This document shows positions 48,482 through 57,914 of a stretch of DNA of 64,000 nt, one piece after another. The DNA comes from an uncultured Syntrophaceae bacterium. Its GTDB lineage: Bacteria > Desulfobacterota > Syntrophia > Syntrophales > UBA4778. The position numbers were made by a program, and so were the translations under genes. The DNA lies in contig CAZRAC010000002.1 in NCBI GenBank assembly GCA_964597995.1, positions 51 to 64,050 on the forward strand. The letters run 5' to 3'. Under the pieces are notes generated by a model. It saw only the letters and a program-made list of their open reading frames with translations. It did not search any database and was not told the DNA's origin. Position 1 is the first letter of the stretch; each line of letters begins with the position of its first letter.

Positions 48482-48491
48482 GGTGAGGGCG

Positions 48492-51056
48492 ATGACGGCA
48501 GGGCACGGCGGTAATGTGAGACAACTAGCTCTACTGGCGGGGGTCCCGGAAGGCGAGCTGCTCGACTTTTCGGCGAACATAAACCCCCTCGGCCCCCCCG
48601 AATGGCTCCGCACCGTCGTCAGCTCTCGCCTCCATGAGCTCTCCCGCTACCCGGACCCCGATTGCCGGGCCTTGACCGAGACCGCCGCTCGCCGTTACGG
48701 CGTAAGGCCCGGGGAGGTCATCGCCGGGAACGGCTCTTCGGAGATCATCCGCTTCATCCCCCGTGTTTTCCCGGCGGAGTGCGCCCTCATCCCCGTCCCC
48801 GCCTATGCGGATTACGCCCTGGCCGCGCAACTGGCCGGCCTCCGGGTGGAAAAGTTCTTTGCGCGGGAGGAAGACGGGTTCATCCCGGACATTGACGCAT
48901 TCGGGAAGGCGGTCGGGGAGAGGGACATCGTCTTCCTCGGCCAGCCCAACAACCCGACGGGCGCCCTGTGCGACGCCGACCGTATCCGCCGGCTCGCCGG
49001 CGAGCATCCTTCCACCCTCTTTGTCGTCGATGAGGCCTTCGCCGACTTCGTCGAGGGTATGGAAAGACTGACGCAAAAAAGGCCGCCGAACGTCCTCGTC
49101 CTCTGCTCGCTCACGAAGTTCTATGCCTTGCCGGGCCTGAGGCTGGGCCTCGCCGTCGGGGACGAGGCGGTGGTCGGCCGGCTGCGCGACGCCCTGCCGC
49201 CCTGGTCGGTGAACGCCCTCGCGCAGGCCGTGGGTGAGGAGGCCTTGAGAGATGAGGACTACGCGCAACGGACGAGGGAACTCGTGCGGCGGGAGCGGGA
49301 GAGGCTTGCCGGTTGGCTGGCGGGGATTCCCGGCCTGACCGTTTACCCCGGACAGGCGAATTTTCTCCTCTTGCGGCTGGACCGGAAGGGGACGACCGCA
49401 CCCCGCCTTGCCGAGCAGCTTCTCAAGCGGGGGATCGCCGTGCGCGTTTGCGACAATTTCGACGGGCTCGACGAGCGGTTTCTCCGGGTCGCCGTGCGGA
49501 CGGAAGAGGAAAACGCCCGTTTGGTTGATGCAGTTGCGACGGTGCTCGGCAGACCGCGGAAGGCGGTGAAAAAGAGAACACCCGCCGTGATGTTTCAGGG
49601 GACGGCATCGAATGCGGGCAAGAGCGTACTCGCGGCGGCCTTCTGCCGGATCCTCCTCCAGGACGGTTACAGCCCCGCGCCTTTTAAGGCCCAGAACATG
49701 TCGCTCAATTCCTTCGTCACCGGGGAGGGGGGAGAAATGGGACGGGCGCAGGTCGTCCAGGCCCAGGCCTGCCGCATCACTCCGGACGTGCGGATGAACC
49801 CGATCCTCCTGAAACCGAACAGCGACACGGGCGCGCAGGTCATCGTCCTGGGGAGGCCGGTGGGGAACATGGATGTAGAGACCTATATCCGTTTCAAATC
49901 AAGGGCCTTCGACACGGTTAAGGATGCCTACGATTCCCTCGCCCAAAATCACGACGTGATGGTCCTCGAGGGGGCCGGCAGCCCCGCGGAGGTGAACCTC
50001 AAGCACCACGATATCGTGAACATGCAGATGGCCCGCCATGCGGGTGCCCCCGTCCTCATCGTGGGCGACATCGACCGGGGAGGCGTCTTCGCTTCCTTTG
50101 TGGGCACGATGGAGTTACTCGCGGAATGGGAAAGGGCGTTGGTCGCGGGCTTCGTCGTCAACCGTTTTCGCGGGGATGAAAGACTCTTGCAGGACGCCCT
50201 CGATTATACAATGCGTCACACCGGCAGGCCGACCTTCGGCATCGTCCCCTATCTCCAAGACCTCGGGCTGCCGGAGGAGGATTCGGTCGCCTTCAAGGCG
50301 GCCGCCGCCGAGGCGCCTCCCGGAGGCGAGGCCGTGGAGGTGGGGCTCGTGGACCTTCCCCATATATCGAACTTTACCGATTTCGACTCCCTGCGCCTGG
50401 AGCCCGACGTCCGTCTGCGGGTCATCCGGTCGTCCCGCGACATCGGGAACCCCGACGCACTCATCATCCCCGGCAGCAAGAACGTGATCGGCGACCTGGA
50501 TTATCTCTTCCAGAACGGGCTGGCGCGGAAGGTCATGGAGCTCGCCGCCTCCGGGAAAACGGAGGTGGTGGGGATATGCGGGGGTTTTCAGATCCTGGGC
50601 GAAGGGATCGCAGACCCCTACGGGGTCGAGTCCGACCGGCGCCGGGTGAGGGGACTGGGGATTTTGCCCGTCACGACGACGCTTGAGGAGGAAAAGACCC
50701 TGGCCTGCGTCAAGGGGAGGCACGTCGAGTCCGGCCTCACCGTGCAGGGTTACGAGATCCACCACGGCCGGACCGTGGGACCGGGCCTTGTTCCCGCCGT
50801 CGAGCGGGAAGACGGGGAGATCCTGGGCGTGCGGACGGCGGAGGGCCTGGCCTGGGGGACATATCTTCACGGGATATTCGACGCCGACGATTTCCGCCGG
50901 TGGTTCGTCGACAGGCTGCGGGTGCGGCGGGGGCTGGCGCCCGCGGGGAGAACCCTTTCCCGTTACGACCTGGAGCCCGCTTTCGACCGGCTGGCAGCGG
51001 TGGTGCGCCGGAGCCTGAGGATAGGAGAAATCTACCGGCTGATGGGCCTCCGATGA
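48492..51056 (+). CDS. cobQ: Fusion protein: L-threonine-O-3-phosphate decarboxylase (CobD, class I/II aminotransferase fold) + cobyric acid synthase (CobQ/CbiP)
   Basis: A single ORF. The N-terminal about 360 aa are CobD-like (GHGGN ... NPLGPP ... NPTG ... [14 protein letters not shown]). From about nt 49590 it is CobQ-like ([13 protein letters not shown] ... GATase domain [10 protein letters not shown]). The ATG at 48492 is preferred over the ORF-track start at 48480. Confidence 0.8.
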   Translation: MTAGHGGNVRQLALLAGVPEGELLDFSANINPLGPPEWLRTVVSSRLHELSRYPDPDCRALTETAARRYGVRPGEVIAGNGSSEIIRFIPRVFPAECALIPVPAYADYALAAQLAGLRVEKFFAREEDGFIPDIDAFGKAVGERDIVFLGQPNNPTGALCDADRIRRLAGEHPSTLFVVDEAFADFVEGMERLTQKRPPNVLVLCSLTKFYALPGLRLGLAVGDEAVVGRLRDALPPWSVNALAQAVGEEALRDEDYAQRTRELVRRERERLAGWLAGIPGLTVYPGQANFLLLRLDRKGTTAPRLAEQLLKRGIAVRVCDNFDGLDERFLRVAVRTEEENARLVDAVATVLGRPRKAVKKRTPAVMFQGTASNAGKSVLAAAFCRILLQDGYSPAPFKAQNMSLNSFVTGEGGEMGRAQVVQAQACRITPDVRMNPILLKPNSDTGAQVIVLGRPVGNMDVETYIRFKSRAFDTVKDAYDSLAQNHDVMVLEGAGSPAEVNLKHHDIVNMQMARHAGAPVLIVGDIDRGGVFASFVGTMELLAEWERALVAGFVVNRFRGDERLLQDALDYTMRHTGRPTFGIVPYLQDLGLPEEDSVAFKAAAAEAPPGGEAVEVGLVDLPHISNFTDFDSLRLEPDVRLRVIRSSRDIGNPDALIIPGSKNVIGDLDYLFQNGLARKVMELAASGKTEVVGICGGFQILGEGIADPYGVESDRRRVRGLGILPVTTTLEEEKTLACVKGRHVESGLTVQGYEIHHGRTVGPGLVPAVEREDGEILGVRTAEGLAWGTYLHGIFDADDFRRWFVDRLRVRRGLAPAGRTLSRYDLEPAFDRLAAVVRRSLRIGEIYRLMGLR

Positions 51057-52006
51057 GACTGGAGTACCAGATCCTCGCGGCCTTCGTCCTGGACCTGCTG
51101 CTCGGCGACCCGCGGGGAATGCCCCACCCGGTGAAGATGATCGGGGGTTTCGCCCTCCGCATAGAAGGGCCCTGCCGTAGACTCGCGAGGCCCCGGACGG
51201 CCGGCGTCATCGCCGCCGCAGCGGTCATCGGCGTGACGGCGCTCGCGGCGGGAGCGGTGATATATGCAGCGGGCCTCATCCACCCGCTCGCCGCCGACGC
51301 GGTATCGACCGCTCTTCTTTACACGAGCTTCGCCGCGGGGGACCTTGCCGGCCACAGCAGGAGCGTCCTCCGGGCCCTGGAGGCGGGGGACCTCGGCGAA
51401 GCGAGGAGGCGTGTCTCCTGGATGGTCGGCCGTGATACGGAGGGTCTCGACGAGCGGGGGGTAACGCGGGCCGCCGTCGAGAGCGTGGCGGAGAACACCG
51501 TCGACGGCGTCATCGCCCCGTTATTCTACGCCGCGGTCGCGGGGCCGGTCGGCGCCCTGGTATACAAGGCCGTGAACACGCTCGACTCAACCTTCGGTTA
51601 CCGCAACGAGCGTTATGCCGAGTTCGGTTGGGCCTCGGCCCGGATCGACGATGTCGCCAATTATGTTCCGGCGCGGCTTGCCGTACCGCTCATCGCGCTG
51701 GCCGCTTTCATCGTCGGGATGGATAGCCGCAGGGCCTGGGAAGTGGCGCTCAGGGACGGGCGGAACCATCGGAGCCCAAACTCGGGCTGGGCGGAGGCAG
51801 CCTTTGCCGGTGCCCTGGGGGTGAGGCTCGGCGGACCGGTCGTTAGAGGCGGTAAACCGGAGACGATGCCGTCGCTCGGGGATCCGCGGCGGGAGCTTGA
51901 GTCGTCCCAGATCGGGAAGGCGAACGCTCTCATGTTCGCGGCGGCGACCCTCGCGACGCTTTTGTTCACGGGAACGAGGGCGGCGTTCGTTTGGCTGGTC
52001 GCATGA
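51053..52006 (+). CDS. cbiB: Adenosylcobinamide-phosphate synthase
   Basis: The ATG at 51053 forms an ATGA overlap with the previous stop. [21 protein letters not shown] is the CbiB N-terminal signature. The protein is a TM protein. Confidence 0.85.
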   Translation: MRLEYQILAAFVLDLLLGDPRGMPHPVKMIGGFALRIEGPCRRLARPRTAGVIAAAAVIGVTALAAGAVIYAAGLIHPLAADAVSTALLYTSFAAGDLAGHSRSVLRALEAGDLGEARRRVSWMVGRDTEGLDERGVTRAAVESVAENTVDGVIAPLFYAAVAGPVGALVYKAVNTLDSTFGYRNERYAEFGWASARIDDVANYVPARLAVPLIALAAFIVGMDSRRAWEVALRDGRNHRSPNSGWAEAAFAGALGVRLGGPVVRGGKPETMPSLGDPRRELESSQIGKANALMFAAATLATLLFTGTRAAFVWLVA

Positions 52007-52557
52007 CGGAGATTCGTGACGGAGGCATGGTGACGGGGGCGGGGCGTGTGCTGCTTTTCACCGGCGACGGCAAGGGGAAGACGACCGCGGCCCTCGGTAT
52101 GGCCCTGAGAGCGGCGGGACACGGGATGAAGACACTGGTCGTCCAGTTCATAAAGGCCGACCAGGGGACGGGAGAGATCGCGGCCTGCCGGTTTATCCCC
52201 GAGATCGAGGTCGTCCAGACGGGGCGCGGCTTTCTGCCTGACCGGGAAAGTCCCGCTTTCGAGGAACACCGCCGGGCGGCCCGGGAGGGACTGGCGCTTG
52301 CCCTGAGGGCGCTCGCGGAGCGGCGCTGCGAAATCCTCGTCCTCGACGAGGTCTGCCCTGCCGTGGCGAAGGGGTTATTAGAGGAGAAGGACGTGCTCGA
52401 GGTAATCGAAAGAAGCGGCCCGGAGGTCTGCATGGTCCTGACGGGCCGGGGTGCAACGCCGGGCCTCATGGCTGCTGCCGATACGGTGACGGAGATGAAG
52501 GCCCTCCGGCATGGCCTGACGAAGGGCCTCACGGCAAGGAAGGGAGTGGAGTTTTAA
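52003..52557 (+). CDS. cobO: Cob(I)yrinic acid a,c-diamide adenosyltransferase (CobA/CobO/BtuR type)
   Basis: P-loop FTGDGKGKTTAALG and VVQFIKA. ATGA overlap at 52003. Confidence 0.85.
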   Translation: MTEIRDGGMVTGAGRVLLFTGDGKGKTTAALGMALRAAGHGMKTLVVQFIKADQGTGEIAACRFIPEIEVVQTGRGFLPDRESPAFEEHRRAAREGLALALRALAERRCEILVLDEVCPAVAKGLLEEKDVLEVIERSGPEVCMVLTGRGATPGLMAAADTVTEMKALRHGLTKGLTARKGVEF

Positions 52558-52558
52558 G

Positions 52559-53953
52559 ATGGCCTGTCCCAGGATCGTCATCGCGGGCGCCGAAAGCGGC
52601 GTGGGAAAGACGTCTCTCACGCTCGCGGCCGTGGCGGCCTTGCGCCGGCGGGGTCTGAAGGTCCAGGCCTTCAAGGTGGGGCCGGACTTTCTCGACCCGA
52701 CCCATCTTACCGTGGCGTCGGGGCGGCCTTGCTACAACCTCGACGGCTGGATGACGGGGAAGGACTACGTTCTTCGCCTCTTCGCCCGGACAACGGCCGA
52801 CGCCGACTTCGCCGTCGTCGAGGGCGTGATGGGCCTCTTCGACGGCGCCGATGCCGACTCGATCAAGGGGAGCACCGCCGAGATAGCGCGGTGGCTCAAG
52901 GCGCCCGTCGTCCTTGTGGTGAACGTCCACGGCATGGCCCGGAGCGTTGCCGCCCTTGTGGCGGGTTACAGCCGCTTCGAGAGGGGGGTGAACATCTGCG
53001 GCGTCATCGCCAACCACTGCGGGTCGGAGCGCCACGCCGTCGGGATTCGCGACGCCTTGAAGGCGCGCAACCTCCCGCCGCTCCTGGGGGCGATACCGAG
53101 AGGGGGGCTTCCCGTGCTGGAGAGCAGGCATCTCGGCCTGGTGACGGCGGACGGAGAGACCCTCTCGGAATCCGTCATCGGGGAATTGGCGGCGGCCTTT
53201 GCGCGTCATGTGAAAGTGGAGGAGTTTCTCCGGTCGGCGGGCAGGGAGGACGTTCGGGCGGCCGCGGCAAAGGAGCGGGGGTTACATGCAGCGCCACGGG
53301 GTGTACGCCTGGGGATCGCCCGCGACGGCGCCTTCCATTTCTACTACCGGGACCTCTTCGATGAGCTGGAGCGGCGCGGGGGCATCCTTCATTTCTTTTC
53401 CCCCCTCGCCGACCGGAGGCTCCCGGAGGGCATCCAGGGCCTGATCCTCGGCGGCGGATACCCGGAGGAATACGCGCAGGAACTCGCGGCGAACGAGGAA
53501 ATGCTCTCCGAGGTGAGGGAATTCGTCCGCTCCGGGCGGCCGGTCTATGCCGAATGCGGGGGCCTGATGTACCTTTCCCGGGGGATAGAGGGCACGGACG
53601 GAAGGCGGTATCCCCTGGCGGGGCTCTTGCCGGTCTGGACGAGGATGCTCGGCAGGCTGAAGAGACTGGGGTACGTGGAGGCCACCCTCAAGGGGGATTC
53701 CCTGTGGGGCCGGAAGGGCGAGACATTGAAGGGGCACGAATTCCATTATTCCGAGATAGTCCCTGTGGGTGGGCGGGCGCCGGAAGGCGCAAAGTGGCGG
53801 CCGCTCTACACCCTGAGGAATCGGATGGACGGGCGCCCGGCGAACGAGGGGTTTCGACTGGGCCGGACGGAGGCGAGCTACGTCCACCTTCACCTTGCCT
53901 CCCGGCCGTCCGCCGTCGATAGGTTCCTCAGTTGCTGTGGGGAGAGGCCATGA
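52559..53953 (+). CDS. cbiA: Cobyrinate a,c-diamide synthase
   Basis: 464 aa with IAGAESGVGKTSLTL, FKVGPDFLDP, and a C-terminal GATase domain (YAECGGLMYL). Confidence 0.88.
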   Translation: MACPRIVIAGAESGVGKTSLTLAAVAALRRRGLKVQAFKVGPDFLDPTHLTVASGRPCYNLDGWMTGKDYVLRLFARTTADADFAVVEGVMGLFDGADADSIKGSTAEIARWLKAPVVLVVNVHGMARSVAALVAGYSRFERGVNICGVIANHCGSERHAVGIRDALKARNLPPLLGAIPRGGLPVLESRHLGLVTADGETLSESVIGELAAAFARHVKVEEFLRSAGREDVRAAAAKERGLHAAPRGVRLGIARDGAFHFYYRDLFDELERRGGILHFFSPLADRRLPEGIQGLILGGGYPEEYAQELAANEEMLSEVREFVRSGRPVYAECGGLMYLSRGIEGTDGRRYPLAGLLPVWTRMLGRLKRLGYVEATLKGDSLWGRKGETLKGHEFHYSEIVPVGGRAPEGAKWRPLYTLRNRMDGRPANEGFRLGRTEASYVHLHLASRPSAVDRFLSCCGERP

Positions 53954-54654
53954 CCGGTAAAATGAAAGAAAAAATAAAGGGGCGGCCACTGATCCACGAC
54001 TTCTACGCCGATCCGCTGAGCGGCCCGGGGATCGAGAGAAGGTCCTTTGAGTTGATCGACGCGGAGGCGCCCCGCCACGCCTTTTCCCCCGAGGAGTGGG
54101 AGGTGGTGCGCCGGATGGTCCATACGACGGGTGATTTTCGCCTCTTAGATGACGTTCGGTTTTCCCGTGACGCAATCGCGGCGGGAAAGAGAGCACTGAA
54201 AAGAGGGGCCCCGATTTACACCGACTCCAGCATGATCCGCGCCGGGTTGTCGCTAGCGAGACTCCGGGCGGCCTGCGGGGATTACCGCCGCCGGAGCATC
54301 TTCTGCCATATCGCGGACCGCGACGTGGCGGCGGCGGCGCAGTCGTCGGGGCTGCCGAGGTCGATCCACGCCCTGCGGAAGGCGCGGCCGATCCTCGACG
54401 GCGGGATCATTGTCTTCGGCAACGCCCCGATCGCGCTACTAGAGCTGAACCGGATGGTAATGGAGGAGGGGGTGCGGCCGGCCCTGGTCATCGCGATGCC
54501 CGTCGGTTTTGTCCACGTCGTCGAGAGCAAGGAGGAGGTGCTCTCCCTCGCCGTCCCCGCGATCGCCCTCCTCGGCCGCAGGGGCGGCAGTCCCCTCGCC
54601 GTCAGCGTAGTCCACGCCCTCTGCGGCCTGGCGTCGCGGACGAAGACTGATTGA
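53950..54654 (+). CDS. cbiC: Cobalt-precorrin-8 methylmutase
   Basis: CbiC/CobH fold signatures (VVRRMVHTTGDF, FGNAPIAL). ATGA overlap at 53950. Confidence 0.85.
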   Translation: MTGKMKEKIKGRPLIHDFYADPLSGPGIERRSFELIDAEAPRHAFSPEEWEVVRRMVHTTGDFRLLDDVRFSRDAIAAGKRALKRGAPIYTDSSMIRAGLSLARLRAACGDYRRRSIFCHIADRDVAAAAQSSGLPRSIHALRKARPILDGGIIVFGNAPIALLELNRMVMEEGVRPALVIAMPVGFVHVVESKEEVLSLAVPAIALLGRRGGSPLAVSVVHALCGLASRTKTD

Positions 54655-54661
54655 AGGAGGC

Positions 54662-55111
54662 ATGGTGAAAGAAGAGTTTGAAGAGGCCGTCATCCTCCTC
54701 GGACACGGGAGCCGGGCCCCGGGGGCCGGGGAGAGCATGGAGAGGGTGGCCGCCGGCCTGCGGGAGAGGCTCCGAGGTGGCAACGTCGAGGTCTGCTACA
54801 TGGCGAACCAGGGGCCGGCATTTCGGGATGCCCTGGGAAGGTGTGCGACCCGGGGGGCCCGGAAGGTCGTCGTCATCCCCTATTTTCTTCATATAGGGAT
54901 GCACATCCTTCAGGACGTCCCCGAGCTGTTGAAGAGGGAGGCGGAGCGGTTCCCCGGCGTCGAGCTGGTGCTGGGCAAAAGCCTGGGGTTCGACGATTGT
55001 CTCGTGGACCTGGTGATGAAGCGCCTGGATGAGTCCAGGGCGTTACCCGATGTGCGCAGATTAGAGCCGGCGGTGCCGGAGGAGGTTTTCGATGAAGATA
55101 AAACTCGGTAG
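54662..55111 (+). CDS. cbiX: Sirohydrochlorin cobaltochelatase, small form (CbiX-S)
   Basis: 149 aa with LLGHGSR and VIPYFLHIGMHILQDVP, as expected for CbiX. Confidence 0.8.
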   Translation: MVKEEFEEAVILLGHGSRAPGAGESMERVAAGLRERLRGGNVEVCYMANQGPAFRDALGRCATRGARKVVVIPYFLHIGMHILQDVPELLKREAERFPGVELVLGKSLGFDDCLVDLVMKRLDESRALPDVRRLEPAVPEEVFDEDKTR

Positions 55112-55850
55112 GCCGGGAGCAGTCGTCCTCGTTGCCGGGGGCGCCTTTTTGCTGCCGGAGAACGCGGCGGCCATGCACATCGCGGAAGGGATATTACCCT
55201 TCGACTGGGCGGCGCTGTGGTCGGCCGTCGCCCTTCCCTTCGTAGCCTGGGGCCTTTACAATCTAAAGAAGCGGGCGGCCGAAGACCTCTCCTTCAAGCC
55301 CCTCGTCGGCCTGATGGCCGCCGTCGTGTTCATCATCTCCTGTATGCCCGTTCCAGTCCCCTTCGCCGGCACCTGTTCCCATCCATGCGGCACGGGGATT
55401 TCCGGAATCCTCGTCGGCCCGGCCGTCAGCGTCCTCATCACCGCCGTCGCCCTCCTCATCCAGGCCCTTTTTCTCGCCCACGGCGGGCTGAGCACCTGGG
55501 GCGCCGACATCGTCTCCATGGGGGTGATGGGCTCCTTTGCGGGATACCTCGTTTTCCGGGCCTTACGGTCGCTGAAGTTCAATCTCGCCGTCTCCGGCTT
55601 CATGGCGGGGCTCCTCGCCGACTGGGCCACCTACCTCATGACCTCGCTGGAACTGGCAGCCGGTATCAGGGGGACATCCGAGTTCGGCCCCCTCTTCTGG
55701 AAGATCGTCCTTGCCTTCATACCCACCCAGCTCCCCCTCGGGATTCTCGAGGGCGCCATGACGGCGGGGATGATCGTCCTTCTCTACCGGAAACGGCCCG
55801 ACATCCTGCTCAGGATGGGCGTCCTGAAGCAGAAGGAGGCGGCGTCATGA
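55092..55850 (+). CDS. cbiM: Cobalt ECF transporter substrate-capture component CbiM
   Basis: 252 aa. A signal-like leader is followed by MHIAEGILP (the N-terminal Met-His metal-binding motif after processing) and 6-7 TM helices. Confidence 0.88.
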   Translation: MKIKLGRPGAVVLVAGGAFLLPENAAAMHIAEGILPFDWAALWSAVALPFVAWGLYNLKKRAAEDLSFKPLVGLMAAVVFIISCMPVPVPFAGTCSHPCGTGISGILVGPAVSVLITAVALLIQALFLAHGGLSTWGADIVSMGVMGSFAGYLVFRALRSLKFNLAVSGFMAGLLADWATYLMTSLELAAGIRGTSEFGPLFWKIVLAFIPTQLPLGILEGAMTAGMIVLLYRKRPDILLRMGVLKQKEAAS

Positions 55851-56284
55851 GAAAAGGTGATTCATCACAAAGACGTCACCCCGGCCGCGGGGACGGAAAC
55901 ACAAGCTGTGGGCTGCGGAAGGCGCCTTTGCCCGGCGCCGGGCTGTTACTTCTCTTTGCCGTGGTTATGGGCCTTGCGCTGATATTCTTGCCGGCCTGTG
56001 CGGGGGCTGCCGAGCAGGGTAAGGGGGGCAAATGGGTCGGCGTGGATGAGGCGGTGATCGAGAAGATCGCGGGGGAGCACGGCCGCGAGGCGAAGGAGCC
56101 GCTGATCGGCGACGACCAGGGCGACATCCTGCTCTTCCTCTTTCTCCTCGCCGGAGCGGCAGGCGGTTTTGTCGCCGGTTATTACTGGCGGGTCCTCATC
56201 ACGGAGAAAAGGGAGAAAGAGGCTGTGGGTGGGGCCTCATCGGGGCTCTCGGCGGGAGGGGCTTCGGCGGAGAAGAGGGAATGA
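55847..56284 (+). CDS. cbiN: CbiN-like / PDGLE-like small membrane component of the cobalt ECF transporter
   Basis: 145 aa read from the ATG at 55847 (ATGA overlap with the cbiM stop). It has two TM segments flanking WVGVDEAVIEKIAGEHG...EPLIG. It sits between cbiM and cbiQ. The 355-aa ORF-track entry is an out-of-frame extension. Confidence 0.5.
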   Translation: MRKGDSSQRRHPGRGDGNTSCGLRKAPLPGAGLLLLFAVVMGLALIFLPACAGAAEQGKGGKWVGVDEAVIEKIAGEHGREAKEPLIGDDQGDILLFLFLLAGAAGGFVAGYYWRVLITEKREKEAVGGASSGLSAGGASAEKRE

Positions 56285-57030
56285 AGCTCTCGGAATACGT
56301 GAACAGCGAGCACCTTCTCTCGCGGGTCGACCCCCGGGTGAAGCTATTCGCCGTCTTCTGCGTCCTCGTCATGGTCCTCAGCTACCGCGGGTTTGCCTTT
56401 CAGATACTGGTAGCCGCCTCCTCTCTCCTCCTCTGCCGCTGGATGAAGGTCCCCTGGCGCGTCCTGGCGCTGCGCTTCACGGAGCCCCTGTTCATTGTTG
56501 CCGTCGTTGTAATCCTGAAACTGCTCTTTTCCGGCGAGGAGGTTCTCTTTCGCTTTTCCCTGTCGGGGATGGAGGTCGCCGGTTACCGGGACGGGCTCTT
56601 CGGCGGCCTTGCCATCGGGGTCAGGATCGTCGCGGCTATATCCGTCATGGCGGCCATGGTCTTTTCCACCTCGTTCACGGAATTGGTGGCGGCGCTCTCG
56701 TGGTACCGTGTCCCCCGGGGTTTCGTCGAGGTCCTCCTCTACGCGTACCGCTACATCTTCGTCCTGCTGGAGGATGCAGGGGTTATTTACGGCGCCCAGA
56801 AAAACCGCCTCGGCTATGCCTCTTTCAGGCGGGGGCTCAATTCCATCGGCGTCCTTGCCGGTTCTCTGGTCCTGAAGGCCTTCGAGCACAGCCAGAACGT
56901 CACGGTGGCCATGGTCCAGCGCGGCTATGACGGGCACATCCCGCTGATGAAACAAAAACCCTTCCGAAAGGCGGAGGTGGCGTTTACCTTGTTGCTGATC
57001 ACGGCCCTGGGGGTTGCATGGAAGATGTAG
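56281..57030 (+). CDS. cbiQ: ECF transporter transmembrane (T) component CbiQ
   Basis: 249 aa, a multi-TM protein with DPRVKL near the N-terminus and the conserved ARG-type coupling helix region (AQKNRLG). Confidence 0.82.
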   Translation: MKLSEYVNSEHLLSRVDPRVKLFAVFCVLVMVLSYRGFAFQILVAASSLLLCRWMKVPWRVLALRFTEPLFIVAVVVILKLLFSGEEVLFRFSLSGMEVAGYRDGLFGGLAIGVRIVAAISVMAAMVFSTSFTELVAALSWYRVPRGFVEVLLYAYRYIFVLLEDAGVIYGAQKNRLGYASFRRGLNSIGVLAGSLVLKAFEHSQNVTVAMVQRGYDGHIPLMKQKPFRKAEVAFTLLLITALGVAWKM

Positions 57031-57914
57031 TCCGTCTTGTCGTCGACGGCGTGAGCCAAACTTATCCGGACGGGACGCAGGCCCTGACCGACGTCAGCCT
57101 CGAGGTCAGAAAGGGGGAATTCGCCGGCATCCTGGGTTACAACGGCTCGGGGAAGACGACGCTCCTTAAGGTCATGGACGGGTTGATCCGGGATTTCCGG
57201 GGAAACGTTTTCCTCGACGGCCGGGAGATCAGGGACATCACGGCCCGGGAGATATACCGCAAGATGGGGATCGTCTTTCAGAACCCGAACGACCAGCTCT
57301 TCGCCTCAACTGTCTTCGAAGACGTGGCCTTCGGGCCGATAAACATGGGCTTCCGGGAGGAGGAAGTCGTCCGCCGGGTGGACCGGGCCTTGCGGGATGT
57401 GGATATGGAAGGGTTCGCCCGGAAGGCCATCCACCATCTGAGCTTCGGGGAGAAGAAACGGGTCTGCATCGCCGGGCTCCTCTCGATGGGCCACGAGATA
57501 CTGCTGCTCGACGAGCCGACGGCGGGGCTGGACCCCCTCGGGGAGTATCACCTGATGAACCTCCTTAGGCGTCTGAACAAAGAAAAAGGCGTGACGGTCG
57601 TGATGGCGACCCACAGCGTTGATATGGTGCCCCTTTTCCTTGACACCCTCTACATCCTGAACGGAGGCAGGGTCGTGAGCAGCGGCGCGCCGACGGAGGT
57701 CTTCCGGACGCCGGAGGGGATGGGGGAAGCGGGGCTGAGGCTCCCCCTGGTTTCGGAGTTGATCTACCGGTTGAAGCATGAGGACGGGATGCCCTTTGAA
57801 AAGGTTCCTCTCACTATCGGCGAGGCGAGGCGGGAGATAATCCGGGCGTTCGAGAAGGGACACTTCTTTTCCGAGGAAGCGGATGCTCGGCCCCCCAGGG
57901 AGGCGAAGGGATGA
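57018..57914 (+). CDS. cbiO: Cobalt ECF transporter ATPase CbiO
   Basis: 298 aa with Walker A GYNGSGKTT, signature LSFGEKKRVCIAG, and Walker B LLLDEPTAGLD. Confidence 0.88.
   Translation: MEDVVRLVVDGVSQTYPDGTQALTDVSLEVRKGEFAGILGYNGSGKTTLLKVMDGLIRDFRGNVFLDGREIRDITAREIYRKMGIVFQNPNDQLFASTVFEDVAFGPINMGFREEEVVRRVDRALRDVDMEGFARKAIHHLSFGEKKRVCIAGLLSMGHEILLLDEPTAGLDPLGEYHLMNLLRRLNKEKGVTVVMATHSVDMVPLFLDTLYILNGGRVVSSGAPTEVFRTPEGMGEAGLRLPLVSELIYRLKHEDGMPFEKVPLTIGEARREIIRAFEKGHFFSEEADARPPREAKG

Noticed and set aside
55217-56284. 355-aa ORF spanning cbiM and the cbiN-like gene.
   Set aside because: Its first about 210 codons are an alternative frame of cbiM, rich in Arg, Pro and Gly. Only the last 145 codons, from the ATG at 55847, make a plausible membrane protein.
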